From assembly GCA_049291695.1 (NCBI GenBank), contig JBATPX010000217.1, positions 30,001-94,000 on the forward strand: DNA of 64,000 nucleotides, read 5' to 3'. This stretch comes from Defluviicoccus sp. (GTDB lineage Bacteria; Pseudomonadota; Alphaproteobacteria; Rhodospirillales; Defluviicoccaceae). This document shows, piece by piece, positions 1-11,071 of the stretch. The translations under genes and the position numbers were made by a program. A model generated the notes under the pieces. That model saw nothing but the letters and a program-made list of their open reading frames with translations. It ran no database searches and was not told where the DNA came from. Positions within the stretch are counted from its first letter, which is position 1. Each line of letters starts with the position of its first letter.

Positions 1-2829
1 CGCGGCGCGCGCGAGCACAACCTGCGCAACGTCGACGTCGAAATTCCGCGCGACAGCCTGACGGTGATCACCGGGCTGTCGGGGTCGGGCAAGTCGTCGC
101 TGGCGTTTGATACCATCTATGCCGAGGGACAGCGGCGCTACGTCGAATCGCTGTCCGCTTACGCGCGGCAGTTTCTGGAATTGATGCAGAAGCCGGACGT
201 CGATTCGATCGAGGGCCTGTCGCCTGCGATCTCGATCGAGCAGAAGACGACATCGCGCAACCCGCGCTCCACCGTCGCCACCGTCACCGAGATCTACGAT
301 TACATGCGCCTTCTTTGGGCGCGCGTCGGCGTCCCGCATTCGCCCGCGACCGGCCTGCCGATCGAGAGCCAGACGGTGAGCCAAATGGTTGACAGGATCG
401 TCGAGCTGCCCGAGGGCACTCGGCTGCTGCTGCTGGCGCCGATCGCCCGCGGCCGCAAGGGCGAGTATCGCAAGGAGCTGCAGGACTTACAAAAGCGGGG
501 CTTCCAGCGGGTCAAGGTCGACGGCACGCTGTACGAAATCGATCAGGTGCCGTCCCTCAATAAACGTCTCAATCATACGATTGAGGCCGTCATCGACCGT
601 GTCGTCGTGCGCGAGGGTCTCGCCAACCGGTTGGCCGACAGCGTCGAGACCGCCTTGGCCTTGAGCGACGGCTTGCTCTACGCCGAAAACGCCGATACGG
701 CTGAGCGACTGACGTTTTCCGCCAAGTTCGCGTGCCCGGTGTCCGGCTTCACCATTGCCGAGATCGAGCCCAGGCTGTTCTCCTTCAACAGCCCGTTCGG
801 CGCCTGCCCGGCCTGCGACGGCCTCGGCACCGAGATGTTCTTCGATCCCGGTCTGGTGGTTCCCAACGACAGGGTGTCGCTGGCGGAAGGCGCGATCGCA
901 CCGTGGGCCAACAGCACCTCTCGCTACTACCGGCAGACGCTCGAAGCGCTCGCCCAGCATTTCGGCTTCGACCTCGAAGCGCCGTTCAAAAAGCTGACGG
1001 AGAAGATCTGCCACATCATCCTCTACGGCTCCGACGGCGAGGCGGTCAGCTTCCAGTATCACGACGGCGTGCGATCGTACGAGATTGCCAAGTCCTTCGA
1101 GGGCGTCATCCCGAACATGGAGCGGCGCTGGAAGGAGACCGATTCGGCCTGGGTGCGCGACGAACTCGCCCGCTTCCAGACCATCACCCAGTGCGAAACC
1201 TGCGCCGGCAAGCGCCTGAAGCCGGAAGCGCTCGCGGTCAAGATTGCCGGCCGCGACATCAGTGACGTCAGCGATCTGTCGATCGAGGCGGCGGTCCTCT
1301 GGTTCGGCGCGCTGGATGGCGCCCTCAAGCCGCAGCAGCGCGATATCGCGCGCCGCATCCTGCGCGAGATCAACGAGCGGCTGCACTTTCTGAAGAACGT
1401 CGGGCTCGGCTACCTCACCCTGTCGCGTGCATCGGGTACGCTTTCGGGCGGCGAGAGCCAGCGCATCCGGCTTGCCTCGCAGATCGGCTCCGGCCTGACC
1501 GGGGTTCTTTATGTGCTGGACGAGCCCTCAATCGGCCTGCACCAGCGCGACAACGACCGCCTGCTGGCGGCACTCAGGCGGTTGCGCGATCTCGGCAATA
1601 CCGTGATCGTGGTCGAACACGACGAGGACGCGATCCGAAGCGCCGATTACCTGATCGACATGGGGCCCGGCGCCGGCGTCCATGGCGGCCGGGTCGTCGC
1701 CCGCGGCACGCCGGAACAGGTGATGGCCAACCCCGGCAGCCTGACCGGCCAGTATCTCTCGGGCGTCCGCCAGATCCCGCTGCCGCGCCGCCGGCGCCCG
1801 GCTGCGGCCGACGCGATGCTGCGCGTCATCGGCGCCCGCGCCAACAACCTGCACAGCATCAGCGTCGACTTTCCGCTTGGCCTGTTCACGTGCGTCACCG
1901 GTGTTTCCGGCGGCGGCAAGTCGAGCCTCGTCATTGATACGCTCTATCGCGCGCTGGCGCGGCGGCTCAACGGCGCCCGCGAGGTCCCCGGCACGCACGA
2001 GCGCATCGAGGGCATCGAGCGCATCGACAAAGTGGTCGATATCGATCAGTCGCCGATCGGTCGCACGCCGCGCTCCAATCCCGCCACATACACCGGCGCC
2101 TTTACGCCGGTCCGCGACTGGTTCGCCGAACTGCCCGAGGCCAAGACGCGCGGCTATCGGCCGGGGCGGTTCTCCTTCAACGTTAGGGGCGGCCGCTGCG
2201 AAGCATGCCAGGGCGACGGCGTCATCAAGATCGAGATGCACTTTCTGCCCGATGTCTACGTCGAGTGCGATACCTGCAAGGGCAAACGCTACAATCGGGA
2301 AACCCTTGAGATTGGGTTCCGCGGCAAGTCGATCGCTGATGTGCTCGACATGACGGTCGAGGAAGCGGTCGAGTTCTTCAAGGCGGTGCCGGCGATCCGC
2401 GACAAGCTGCAGACGCTGGCGCGCGTCGGTCTGGGCTACATCCACTTGGGCCAGCAGGCGACGACACTCTCCGGCGGCGAGGCGCAGCGGGTCAAGCTGG
2501 CGAAGGAGCTCTCCCGCCGCGCCACCGGCAAGACGGTTTACATTCTCGATGAGCCGACGACGGGATTGCACTTCGAGGATGTCAGCCGGCTCCTGGAAGT
2601 CCTGCAGGCGCTCGTCGAGCAGGGGAACACCGTCATCGTCATCGAGCACAACCTTGAAGTGATCAAGACCGCCGATTGGATCATCGATCTCGGGCCCGAC
2701 GGCGGCGACAAAGGCGGCCGAGTGGTCACATGCGGCACGCCCGAAGCGGTCGCCGGGGTGGCGGAGAGCTATACGGGCCAATATCTCGCCCAGTCGCTCG
2801 GCAGCGCCCGCCGCCGGCGGACGGCCTAA
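1..2829 (+). CDS. uvrA: Excinuclease ABC subunit A (UvrA), 5'-truncated by the window edge
   Basis: Frame 1 is open from nt 1 ([58 protein letters not shown]). Two ABC modules (Walker [10 protein letters not shown] and GVSGGGKSS, two LSGGE signatures). CxxC zinc-finger pairs (CPACDG; [14 protein letters not shown]). Stop TAA 2827-2829. Confidence 0.97.
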   Translation, partial: RGAREHNLRNVDVEIPRDSLTVITGLSGSGKSSLAFDTIYAEGQRRYVESLSAYARQFLELMQKPDVDSIEGLSPAISIEQKTTSRNPRSTVATVTEIYDYMRLLWARVGVPHSPATGLPIESQTVSQMVDRIVELPEGTRLLLLAPIARGRKGEYRKELQDLQKRGFQRVKVDGTLYEIDQVPSLNKRLNHTIEAVIDRVVVREGLANRLADSVETALALSDGLLYAENADTAERLTFSAKFACPVSGFTIAEIEPRLFSFNSPFGACPACDGLGTEMFFDPGLVVPNDRVSLAEGAIAPWANSTSRYYRQTLEALAQHFGFDLEAPFKKLTEKICHIILYGSDGEAVSFQYHDGVRSYEIAKSFEGVIPNMERRWKETDSAWVRDELARFQTITQCETCAGKRLKPEALAVKIAGRDISDVSDLSIEAAVLWFGALDGALKPQQRDIARRILREINERLHFLKNVGLGYLTLSRASGTLSGGESQRIRLASQIGSGLTGVLYVLDEPSIGLHQRDNDRLLAALRRLRDLGNTVIVVEHDEDAIRSADYLIDMGPGAGVHGGRVVARGTPEQVMANPGSLTGQYLSGVRQIPLPRRRRPAAADAMLRVIGARANNLHSISVDFPLGLFTCVTGVSGGGKSSLVIDTLYRALARRLNGAREVPGTHERIEGIERIDKVVDIDQSPIGRTPRSNPATYTGAFTPVRDWFAELPEAKTRGYRPGRFSFNVRGGRCEACQGDGVIKIEMHFLPDVYVECDTCKGKRYNRETLEIGFRGKSIADVLDMTVEEAVEFFKAVPAIRDKLQTLARVGLGYIHLGQQATTLSGGEAQRVKLAKELSRRATGKTVYILDEPTTGLHFEDVSRLLEVLQALVEQGNTVIVIEHNLEVIKTADWIIDLGPDGGDKGGRVVTCGTPEAVAGVAESYTGQYLAQSLGSARRRRTA

Positions 2830-2846
2830 GGCGGGCCCAAGAAGCG

Positions 2847-4220
2847 ATGGGTGAACCGCGCGCCCGCCGCGCAGTCCACGTCATCGGCGGCGGCCTCGCC
2901 GGAAGTGAGGCTGCCTGGCAGCTTGTGCGCGCCGGCATTCCCGTCGTCCTGCACGAGATGCGCCCGCTCACGCCGACGCCGGCGCACCGAACCGGCCAAC
3001 TGGCCGAACTCGTCTGCTCCAACTCCTTTCGCTCCGACGATGCCGAGACGAGCGCGATCGGTCTCCTGCACGCGGAGATGCGAAAGCTCGGCTCCCTGGT
3101 TCTGCAAGCCGCCGATGCGTCGCGCGTTCCTGCCGGTGCGGCGCTCGCCGTCGACCGGGAGCTGTTCAGCACGCGGGTTGAGGAAGCGCTATTGAGCCAT
3201 CCGCTGTTGACCTTTAAGCGGGAGGAGGTAAGCGAACTGCCGGCCGCCGATTGGCCGCATGTTATTATCGCCACCGGGCCGCTGACCGCGCCCGCGCTCG
3301 CCGCCTCCCTGCAAGCGGTCACCGGCGAAGGCGCGCTCGCCTTTTTCGATGCGATCGCCCCGATCGTGACCCGCGACAGCGTCAATTTCTCGATCGCCTG
3401 GTTCCAGTCCCGCTACGACAAGGGCGAGGGCCGGGACTACATCAACTGCCCCTTGAGCAGGCCCCAATACGACGCGTTCGTCGCCGCGTTGCAGGCGGCG
3501 GACACGGTGCCGTTCCATGACTGGGAGCGCGACACACCCTATTTCGAGGGGTGCCTGCCGATCGAGGTGATGGCGGCGCGCGGCCTCGAAACGCTCGCGC
3601 ATGGGCCGATGAAGCCGGTCGGCTTGCGCAATCCGCATGACGGCGACAAGCGGCCGTATGCGGTGGTGCAGCTGCGGCAGGACAACGCGCAAGGAAGCCT
3701 CTACAACATGGTCGGCTTCCAGACCAAGATGAGGCATGCCGAGCAGGTCCGCCTGTTGCGCACCATTCCCGGCCTCGAGAACGCCGCGTTCGTCCGCTTG
3801 GGCGGCATTCACCGCAACACCTTCGTGAACAGCCCACGCGTGCTGGATTCGACCCTGCGCTTAACCGCGCGACCGCAGGTGCGGCTTGCCGGCCAGATCA
3901 CCGGCTGCGAAGGCTATGTCGAGAGTGCCGCGGTCGGGCTGTTGGCGGGACTCTTCACGGCGGCTGAGATCGGCGGGGGCGTGATGCCGCCGCCGCCGCG
4001 CACGACCGCGCTCGGTGCTCTCCTGCAGCATCTGGTCGCCGATGCGGTGGCCGACGTGTTTCAGCCGATGAACGTCAATTTCGGCCTGTTCCCGGCGCTT
4101 CCACCCAGCGGCACGGACAAGCGTCCGCCGGCCGGCCGGGACCGCAAGCGGCTCCTCGCCGCGCGCGCGCTCGCCGATCTGGCAATCTGGTCGCAGCGCG
4201 TGGCGATAACGGTGGGCTAG
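2847..4220 (+). CDS. trmFO: Methylenetetrahydrofolate--tRNA-(uracil-5-)-methyltransferase TrmFO (Gid)
   Basis: FAD-binding GxGxxG ([17 protein letters not shown]) and family-typical blocks ([33 protein letters not shown]). ATG 2847 is preferred because the ORF-track extension from 2676 overlaps uvrA and is Arg-rich junk. Confidence 0.9.
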   Translation: MGEPRARRAVHVIGGGLAGSEAAWQLVRAGIPVVLHEMRPLTPTPAHRTGQLAELVCSNSFRSDDAETSAIGLLHAEMRKLGSLVLQAADASRVPAGAALAVDRELFSTRVEEALLSHPLLTFKREEVSELPAADWPHVIIATGPLTAPALAASLQAVTGEGALAFFDAIAPIVTRDSVNFSIAWFQSRYDKGEGRDYINCPLSRPQYDAFVAALQAADTVPFHDWERDTPYFEGCLPIEVMAARGLETLAHGPMKPVGLRNPHDGDKRPYAVVQLRQDNAQGSLYNMVGFQTKMRHAEQVRLLRTIPGLENAAFVRLGGIHRNTFVNSPRVLDSTLRLTARPQVRLAGQITGCEGYVESAAVGLLAGLFTAAEIGGGVMPPPPRTTALGALLQHLVADAVADVFQPMNVNFGLFPALPPSGTDKRPPAGRDRKRLLAARALADLAIWSQRVAITVG

Positions 4221-4705
4221 CTGCTTTCGCAGGCGTTGAAGCCGTGGCGGACAGGAATCCACGGCTTTTCGACCAGCTTGGAAAAGCTCTCCGGCGCCGT
4301 CTCGAACGCCTCGTAGAAGATATCCCAGGTGAAGTAGCAGTAGCCGTAGCCGATGTTCTGGCTGCGCTTGGACGCATCGTTGGCCAGATTGGTTACGAAC
4401 TCGTTGAGCTTGTCGGTTCCCTTGACGCCGTGAATGCGCTGGAACAAGCCGATCAGATGGCTGCCCTCTTCCTGCAGCTGCGGTTGAAACCTCGTCACGA
4501 ACTGGTTGTACTGCTCTCCTTGGCCGCAGCTCAGCGCACCGATGAGCAGTTCCGTCTGCAGCACGCGCGTGTCGAGCGCGAGCTTTTCGCTGTTGGAAAC
4601 ACAAGGGTTAGGCTTTGCAGCCTTGACCGCCGCGGCGCCGGCAGGGGCGGCGAGTGCAGCGGCGCAAACAAGAGCGAAAACGCCGAACGTGGAACGACGA
4701 AGCAT
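4217..4705 (-). CDS. Hypothetical secreted protein (signal peptide, conserved Cys)
   Basis: [24 protein letters not shown] looks like a Sec signal. Balanced composition after it. ATG at 4705 chosen over the upstream start. Its stop overlaps the trmFO stop (CTAG). No family recognised. Confidence 0.5.
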   Translation of the reverse strand: MLRRSTFGVFALVCAAALAAPAGAAAVKAAKPNPCVSNSEKLALDTRVLQTELLIGALSCGQGEQYNQFVTRFQPQLQEEGSHLIGLFQRIHGVKGTDKLNEFVTNLANDASKRSQNIGYGYCYFTWDIFYEAFETAPESFSKLVEKPWIPVRHGFNACESS

Positions 4706-5071
4706 GTGAACAACCCACTTGAAGCCATGACCGGGAAGGCAACGCAACGCTGCACGCTTGTGCCATCACGCTTGCGCCCACACAAGCATGCCGCAATGGC
4801 ATTGCTTGCAAAGTAACGATATTTCTAGCGCAGGCTCTGTTAAGCGACCGTGAACGCCAAGCCGTCCATGCCCACCGCACCGAGGACACTCGCGAGTACC
4901 ACGTTTCACGTTCGATTGCCATGGCGTGCCGGCTACCCGCGCGCAGGTCGGCCGAGGCCGGACCGCAGTTGTGACGAAACCGCTGCAGCGACTTGGAGAT
5001 TTGCAGTTTGAGGTGCGGCCGTCGCTGGACAATGCGCGCCGTGAGCGATACCGTCCGCCGCCTTTGAGGTT

Positions 5072-5599
5072 TTGAACATCGCGGAGAATCGGCCATTGAT
5101 GAAGGCAACCGCGCGCACTGCCCGGCACCAGGGGGTCTCTACAGGCTGGGGCGCTTGGTTGTGGCGCGCCGCCGCCGCGGTCGGTGTCGCTGCCGTCATC
5201 GGCACGGGTGTGGCTGATCGCGTCCCGGTCCTGGGCAACGTGCTCGTTGGCGGGCTGCTGGTCGTCGGGCCGGCCGCCGCTGCCGAAGAATCCGCCGCCC
5301 GGGCGACACAGCGGTTGTTCGAAGCGGTGCACAGCAACGACCTTGCTGCGGCACGGGCCAGTGTGGCCGCCGGCGCCGACCTGGAGGCGACGGATCGGTG
5401 GGGCCTCACCGCGCTCGAACTTGCGATCGACAAGGGCTACTACGAAATCGCCCATTTCCTCACCGCCGCCCGCAGCGCGCGGCGTTCGCAGCGGCCAGGG
5501 ACACCGCAGCCTGCGGAAGCCGCGCGCTCCGCCCTCCCTGCGCCCGGCACTGCAGCCACCCCGGGCCTGTCAGACCGCCGCTACCCGCCTCGCACCTAA
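5072..5599 (+). CDS. Ankyrin-repeat protein with N-terminal hydrophobic segment
   Basis: ANK-like repeat LFEAVHSNDLAAARASVAAGADLEATDRWGLTALELAIDKGYYEIAHFL. Hydrophobic stretch VGVAAVIGTG..LVGGLLVVG. Pro-rich tail. Alternative start ATG 5099. Confidence 0.55.
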   Translation: MNIAENRPLMKATARTARHQGVSTGWGAWLWRAAAAVGVAAVIGTGVADRVPVLGNVLVGGLLVVGPAAAAEESAARATQRLFEAVHSNDLAAARASVAAGADLEATDRWGLTALELAIDKGYYEIAHFLTAARSARRSQRPGTPQPAEAARSALPAPGTAATPGLSDRRYPPRT

Positions 5600-6480
5600 T
5601 ACCGGCCGCGCGCGTGGTTGACGGCTGCCGCGATCATGCGCAACGGCGCCCGGCGGTGCAACCGAACGGCGAAGGGGTCGTTTCCGGCACGCTTCAGCTC
5701 GTTGAGGTGCCCCTCGGCGTACGTGGCCCACAACAGCACCGGCAATGCCCGCTTTGAAACCACTGCGCGGCGGTCGCGCGCCGCCGCCAGATGCTGCCGT
5801 GCCGTCGCCGCCACTATGCCGACGGCGGTGCGCAGCTGCGGGCGCGCCGATTCCCGGATCGAATCCGCCTGCGTGAGTGCGGCGGCCTGTGCCACCGCCT
5901 GCGGCACGACCAGCGTTCGCGCCCGCGCATCCGCAGGCAGCTCCCGCAACAGCCCGGCGAGCGCCCAGCCGACGCTGACCTCCTGCGCTGCCAGCCGCTC
6001 TTCTCGGCCGCCGCAGGCGAGCACCGTCAGCGCCAGTGCGGCTATTCCGGCCGTCGTTTCCTGCACGTGGCCGATCAGCGCCGCCATGTCCGGCAGCGCC
6101 TCGTCGGCCAGTTCCCGGTCGCGCGCAGCCAACAGGGGGGCGAACGCGCCCTGCGGGAGGTCGTAGCGACGGATCGCGTCGCTCAATGCCACGGCGACCG
6201 GATGGCCGGAACAACGTCCGGCGTAGATCGCGTCGATTGCATCCCGCCACCACTGCACCCGCATCAAGCCGACAAGCGGCTCGCGTACGCGGGTGCGGAT
6301 CCGCGACAGCTCCAGGTCAAGCGCATAGAGCGCCGCGAGTGCCGTGCGCACCTCGGCCGGTGCAAAAAGGCTGCACAGAAAGCGTTCCTTGTCGAACGAG
6401 CGGACCTGATCGATGCAATAGGCGGCCGAACCGTCGATCGGCGCTTCAGACTTGCGCTCGCCTGTACTAAACAGACACAT
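5596..6480 (-). CDS. Squalene/phytoene synthase family protein (NDUFAF6-like), Asp-rich motif not evident
   Basis: Family blocks FLCSLFAP..RTALAALYALDLELSRIR and LMRVQWWRDAIDAIY. LDLELS sits where YAFCRxxDDxxD is expected. ATG 6480 chosen (MCLFSTGE). Confidence 0.65.
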   Translation of the reverse strand: MCLFSTGERKSEAPIDGSAAYCIDQVRSFDKERFLCSLFAPAEVRTALAALYALDLELSRIRTRVREPLVGLMRVQWWRDAIDAIYAGRCSGHPVAVALSDAIRRYDLPQGAFAPLLAARDRELADEALPDMAALIGHVQETTAGIAALALTVLACGGREERLAAQEVSVGWALAGLLRELPADARARTLVVPQAVAQAAALTQADSIRESARPQLRTAVGIVAATARQHLAAARDRRAVVSKRALPVLLWATYAEGHLNELKRAGNDPFAVRLHRRAPLRMIAAAVNHARGRY

Positions 6481-6553
6481 CCATCCACTTCCGACCGGCG
6501 GCGCCGCTGGGGGGACGACCATACGACGCAGAGCCGATCCGGATTTCTCGCTG

Positions 6554-7354
6554 ATGCCTTGGCTGTTCCCGGCGCGACTGCGGCCGCACGTCACCGCGTT
6601 TGGCCGTTTTGTTCGCCTCGCCCACGGGATTGCTCACAACGCCTTCCTCAGCCACGAGGAGCGCCTGCATCACCTCGCCACGCTTGACGCCGCAATCGGC
6701 GGCGATGAGGCCGAGCCGCCGGAATTCCCGGGTGCCGAGCCGATCTGCGCGGCGCTGCGTGCCAGCCTGCGCACAAGCGGGGTCGCCGATACGCATGTGC
6801 GCCGCATCCTGCAGGCGCTGCGCCGTGATGTCGAGGGAGGTGCCAACAGGAGCTGGGGCGACCTTCTCGTTTACTCCCAGTTCGCCGCGGCGCCGATCGG
6901 CCGGCACATGCTGGACCTGGTGGGCGAAGACAGCCGTTCCTACCGGCCCGCCTCCGATGCGCTGTGCGCGGCGCTCGGCATTCTCAAGCAATTGCGCGAC
7001 TTCCGCGAGCCGACACTGCACGACAACCGCCATTGGGTCCCCGAAATCTTCCTTGCCGATGCGTTCATCACCCATGAGCATTTGGGGGCTCTGAGGGCGA
7101 AGGGACAGACCCGGGCGGTGCTGGATCGCATTCTTGACGGGATCGAGCAGCTCCTGAATGCGGCCGAACCGCTGCCGCGCCACGTGCGATCGTGGCGGCT
7201 GCGCAGCCATATCCGCGTCGTCCAGTGCCGGGCGCGCGGCCTCGTTGCCTGCTTCCGCGATAACGACCCGCTTGATGCGCGCGTCGGCCTGACGTGGTGG
7301 CAGCGTCAGGTCTGCCTGGGTGCGGGCCTGATCCGCGGCCTCGTCAATACCTGA
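6554..7354 (+). CDS. HpnC-like squalene synthase family protein with substituted first Asp-rich motif
   Basis: PWLFPARLRPHVTAFGRFVRLAHGIAHNAFLSHEERLHHL aligns by eye to the HpnC N-terminal block (..FPVAS.L.P.R....AFY.F.R.ADDIAD...). AHGIAH replaces ADDIAD. Homology seems to continue upstream (DFSL), so the true start may be ATG 6452, which would overlap the divergent gene by 29 nt. Confidence 0.6.
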   Translation: MPWLFPARLRPHVTAFGRFVRLAHGIAHNAFLSHEERLHHLATLDAAIGGDEAEPPEFPGAEPICAALRASLRTSGVADTHVRRILQALRRDVEGGANRSWGDLLVYSQFAAAPIGRHMLDLVGEDSRSYRPASDALCAALGILKQLRDFREPTLHDNRHWVPEIFLADAFITHEHLGALRAKGQTRAVLDRILDGIEQLLNAAEPLPRHVRSWRLRSHIRVVQCRARGLVACFRDNDPLDARVGLTWWQRQVCLGAGLIRGLVNT

Positions 7355-7473
7355 TGCGGCTGTCGTAACGACTACCCGCGGCACGAGGGGCCGCGGCGAA
7401 CGTCCCTTTTCATCGTGCCGGCGAAACCCTATGTTGCCGACTATTAACCACGGTTGGATGGGGATGCAGGACC

Positions 7474-8079
7474 ATGGCTTTCGAACTTCCGCCGCTGCCG
7501 TTCGCGAAGGACGCGCTGGCGCCGCACATTTCGGCGAACACGCTCGACTTCCATCACGGCAAGCATCACAACGCCTACGTCACCAATCTCAACGCGCTGA
7601 CCAAGGATACGCCGCTTGCGAACGAAACGCTGGAAGGTGTGATCCACGCCGCTGCCGGCGACGCCAGCAAGGCCGGTATCTTCAATAACGCTGCGCAGGT
7701 GTGGAACCACACGTTCTACTGGAACTGCATGAAGCCCGGCGGCGGAGGACAGCCGTCGGCCGTGCTTGCAAGCGCGCTTGCAAGTGCTTTCGGTTCGTTC
7801 GAGAAGTTCAAGGACGAGTTCAAGAACGCCTGCGTCACTCAGTTCGGCAGCGGGTGGGGTTGGCTGGTCGCAGCTGACGGTGCACTTAAAATCACCAAGA
7901 CCGCCAACGCCGACCTGCCGCTGGCGCATGGGCAGACCGCACTCCTGACCTGCGACGTTTGGGAGCATGCCTACTACCTCGACTACCAGAACCGGCGCCC
8001 CGATTACGTCCAGGTGTTTCTCGATCACCTCGTCAATTGGGATTTCGTCGCTGAGAACCTGAGCAAAGCCAAGTCCTGA
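7474..8079 (+). CDS. sodB: Fe/Mn superoxide dismutase
   Basis: MAFELPPLPFAKDALAPHISANTLDFHHGKHHNAYV and the C-terminal DVWEHAYYLDYQNRRPDY metal-ligand motif. Confidence 0.95.
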   Translation: MAFELPPLPFAKDALAPHISANTLDFHHGKHHNAYVTNLNALTKDTPLANETLEGVIHAAAGDASKAGIFNNAAQVWNHTFYWNCMKPGGGGQPSAVLASALASAFGSFEKFKDEFKNACVTQFGSGWGWLVAADGALKITKTANADLPLAHGQTALLTCDVWEHAYYLDYQNRRPDYVQVFLDHLVNWDFVAENLSKAKS

Positions 8080-8099
8080 CGGCACGCTGTTGAGTCCGT

Positions 8100-8133
8100 G
8101 CGAGGGGGCTGGTGCAGCGCCGTCTCCCCTCGC
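8100..8133. terminator. Hairpin between convergent sodB and the Mth938-like gene
   Basis: GCGAGGGG (8100-8107) pairs with CCCCTCGC (8126-8133) across an 18-nt loop. No U-tract. Confidence 0.25.
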
Positions 8134-8137
8134 GCGT

Positions 8138-8524
8138 TCACTCGACCGCAATCAGGGCTGCGATGACGGCGCGCTCATCCGCGAGCAGCAGGTTCCACGT
8201 GCGGCAGGCTGCAGCGGTTGTCATCCATTCGAGACCGGCACCGGCAGCACGAACGGCTTGCGCAATCTCCTTAGGCGGTGGCAGGTAACGCGGCCCGCAC
8301 CCCACCAACAGCATCTCGACGGTGCTGCCGCGCACAAACATGCCGCGCAAGCTTTCGAGGCTGATGTCGCCGGCACCGGGGACGTACCACGGCTCGGCGC
8401 ACTGCGGGTGAAGGATCAGCGGGCCTTCGTAGCGCTTGCCGGCGACCGTGAAGCCGCCTCGGCCGTACCTTTGGATGACCTGCGGGATCCCCGCGGCGGG
8501 CGTCCGCGGCTCACTGTCCGCCAT
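8138..8524 (-). CDS. Mth938/DUF498 domain protein (NDUFAF3-like)
   Basis: 128 aa with RYGRGGFTVAGKRYEGPLIL...VEMLLVGCG...LEWMTTAAACRTWNLL, the pattern I associate with the Mth938 fold. Lies directly downstream of secF, as is common in alphaproteobacteria. Confidence 0.7.
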   Translation of the reverse strand: MADSEPRTPAAGIPQVIQRYGRGGFTVAGKRYEGPLILHPQCAEPWYVPGAGDISLESLRGMFVRGSTVEMLLVGCGPRYLPPPKEIAQAVRAAGAGLEWMTTAAACRTWNLLLADERAVIAALIAVE

Positions 8525-8530
8525 TCGCCC

Positions 8531-9481
8531 TCACGGCTGCTGCTGCTCCGTCGTCTCCGCTGCGCTTTCGCCGGCGAGCGTGCTCTGGCGAACGTTGAGG
8601 TACAACAGGAGCGGCACGGCAACGCAGACGGACGAATACGTGCCGATGACAATGCCCCAGATCATGGCGAAGCTGAACCCGCGCAGAACCTCGCCGCCAA
8701 GGAAATAGAGAGATAGAAGAGTGAACAGTGTTGTCGTGCCGGTCAGGATCGTCCGCGACAAGGTCTGATTGACGGACAGGTCGATCAGCTGCGGCATCGC
8801 CATCGTCTTGTACTTGCGCAAGTTCTCGCGCACGCGGTCGAAGACGACGACCGTATCGTTGATCGAATAGCCGGCAATGGTCATGATCGCAGCCACGATC
8901 GTCAGGTTGAATTCGTAGCCGAGAACAGAGAATATTCCCGCCGTGGCGATGACGTCGTGGAGCAGGGAAACGACGCCGCAGACCCCGAACTGCCATTCGA
9001 AGCGGAACCAGATGTAGACGAGGATGGCCAGCAGCGCCGCCGTGACCGCGTAAAGGGCGTCGCGAAGCAATTCGGCGCCGACCTGCGGGCCGACGAATTC
9101 GACCCGGCGATACTGCACCCCAGCACCCAAGGCCTCCTTGACGGCACCGACGGCGCGCTGCTGTGCGTCCTCGGTTCCTTCCTGCTTCGGGATCCGGATC
9201 AGGACCGTATCGGCGCTGCCGAATTCCTGCAGGCTTACCTCGCCGAAGCCAAGGCCGCCCAGCGTTTGCCGCATGCTGCCGAGATCGGCCGGTCCCGCCA
9301 TGCGCACTTCGAGGAGCATGCCGCCCTGGAAGTCAATGCCGAAGTTGAGGCCACGGACCACCAGCGACAGCAGCGAACCGATGATCAGAATGCCCGAAAT
9401 GACTAAATAAGCCCGTCGCCAGGCCATGAACGGCAGGCGCGGGGTTTCGGGGAAGAATCGGATGCCGCGAAACATGGTCAC
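8531..9481 (-). CDS. secF: Protein translocase subunit SecF
   Basis: 316 aa. N-terminal LNFGIDFQGG, six predicted TM segments, abuts the secD stop. Confidence 0.95.
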   Translation of the reverse strand: MTMFRGIRFFPETPRLPFMAWRRAYLVISGILIIGSLLSLVVRGLNFGIDFQGGMLLEVRMAGPADLGSMRQTLGGLGFGEVSLQEFGSADTVLIRIPKQEGTEDAQQRAVGAVKEALGAGVQYRRVEFVGPQVGAELLRDALYAVTAALLAILVYIWFRFEWQFGVCGVVSLLHDVIATAGIFSVLGYEFNLTIVAAIMTIAGYSINDTVVVFDRVRENLRKYKTMAMPQLIDLSVNQTLSRTILTGTTTLFTLLSLYFLGGEVLRGFSFAMIWGIVIGTYSSVCVAVPLLLYLNVRQSTLAGESAAETTEQQQP

Positions 9482-11047
9482 TCAGATCGGCAGCAGGGTG
9501 GGCCGGGCCCGGTTGAGCCAGGTCGCGACAAGCAGGCGGGTGACCGTCAACGCGGTGAACATCGACGTCACGATGCCGATCGACAGCGTGACGCCGAACC
9601 CGCGCACCGGGCCGGAGCCGAGGAAATACAACAACAGGCCGGCGAACAGTGTCGTCAGGTTGGAATCAACGATCGTCGTCAATGCGCGCGAAAACCCTGC
9701 CTCGATCGCGGAGATGATCGGTTTGCCGAGTGACGACTCCTCCCGGATGTGCTCGAAGATGAGAACGTTGGCGTCGACCGCCATGCCGATGGTGAGCACG
9801 ATGCCGGCGATGCCGGGCAGGGTCAGCGTCGCCTGCAGGAGCGAGAGCAGGGCGATGATCAAGATCATGTTGAAGACCAGCGCCACCACCGCGAACAGCC
9901 CGAACAGGCCGTAGGCCGCGATCATGAACACCGCAACCAGGATCAGGCCAACGACGCTCGCAACCTTGCCGGCGGCGATCGAGTCCGCACCCAGCGCCGG
10001 GCCGACCGTCCGCTCTTCGAGGATGGAAAGCGGGGCCGGCAGCGCGCCCGCGCGCAACAGAAGTGCCAGGTCGCGGGCTTCGGCGACACTGAAACTGCCG
10101 GTGATGATGCCGCTGCCGCCCAGGATCGGTTCGCGGATGCGCGGCGCGCTGATCACCTCGCCGTCGAGCACGATCGCCAGCAGCTTGCCGACGTTTTGCG
10201 TCGTGACGTCGCCGAATCGCTTGCCGCCGGCGGTATCGAAGCGGAAGGAGACGACCGGTTCGCCATCCTGAAACGTCGGCTGCGCATCGACCAGATTCTC
10301 GCCGCTGACGACGACCCGCTTGCGGACGGCGATGCGCCGCTGCGCGTCAGCAGTGCCGCGCGCTTCGCGCATCGGCAGCAGCGTGGTTCCGACCGGAGCC
10401 TGGCCGCCGGTGACGCCCTGGTCATCGACGAGGTGAAAGGTCATCTTCGCCGTCTTGCCGATCAGCGCCTTGATGCGCTCGGGATCATCGACACCGGGCA
10501 GCTGGACGAGCACGCGGTCGCTGCCCTGGCGCTGGATCGAGGGCTCGCGCACGCCGGTGGCGTCTATCCGGCGGCGGATGATCTCGATCGACTGCTCGAC
10601 CGCCGCCGTCTGGCGCTGCCGCATCCCCTCCTCGGACAGCCGCAGCGTGATCCGCCCGCCATCGCCGACGTTCACCACGAGGTCGCGGTCGCTCTCGGCG
10701 ATGAGCCGGCGCGCTTCCTCGACGCGGGTCCCCTCGCGAATGGTCACGGAAGCCTCGGCGGCGGCCGCGCCCAAGCCCTCGTACGGGATGCGCGCACCCC
10801 GCAGCAGCTCGCGGGCGGCGTCAACGACGCTGTCCATCCGCTCGCGGATCAGGGCGGCCGTATCCACCTGCATCAGGATATGCGATCCCCCTTGCAGATC
10901 GAGGCCGAGGTTGAGCTGACGGTCGCCAACCCACGCGGGCAGCGTCTGCACCCGTTCCGCGGAAATGAGGTTAACGGCGGCCAGCGCCGTCCCGAGGACG
11001 ACGACGGCAGCGATGACAAGAATCTTCCATTTCGGGAAGCGGACCAT
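9482..11047 (-). CDS. secD: Protein translocase subunit SecD
   Basis: 521 aa. LNLGLDLQGGSHILMQVD periplasmic-domain motif and a C-terminal 6-TM SecD/F core. Confidence 0.95.
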   Translation of the reverse strand: MVRFPKWKILVIAAVVVLGTALAAVNLISAERVQTLPAWVGDRQLNLGLDLQGGSHILMQVDTAALIRERMDSVVDAARELLRGARIPYEGLGAAAAEASVTIREGTRVEEARRLIAESDRDLVVNVGDGGRITLRLSEEGMRQRQTAAVEQSIEIIRRRIDATGVREPSIQRQGSDRVLVQLPGVDDPERIKALIGKTAKMTFHLVDDQGVTGGQAPVGTTLLPMREARGTADAQRRIAVRKRVVVSGENLVDAQPTFQDGEPVVSFRFDTAGGKRFGDVTTQNVGKLLAIVLDGEVISAPRIREPILGGSGIITGSFSVAEARDLALLLRAGALPAPLSILEERTVGPALGADSIAAGKVASVVGLILVAVFMIAAYGLFGLFAVVALVFNMILIIALLSLLQATLTLPGIAGIVLTIGMAVDANVLIFEHIREESSLGKPIISAIEAGFSRALTTIVDSNLTTLFAGLLLYFLGSGPVRGFGVTLSIGIVTSMFTALTVTRLLVATWLNRARPTLLPI

Positions 11048-11071
11048 CGGTGCGGCCTGGCTGCGGACGGA

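Noticed and set aside
2676-2846. Long N-terminal extensions offered by the ORF track (trmFO from 2676; similar cases at 11504-11728 yajC, 16645-16857 parA, 57389-57829 livHM, 20132-20326 cls)
   Set aside because: The extensions overlap upstream genes or are Arg/Pro-rich. Internal starts coincide with the beginning of family homology and usually with an SD.
4905-4920. GTTCGATTGCC resembling a tRNA T-loop in the 4748-5071 intergenic region
   Set aside because: I could not fold a flanking acceptor, D or anticodon stem. It is an isolated motif only.
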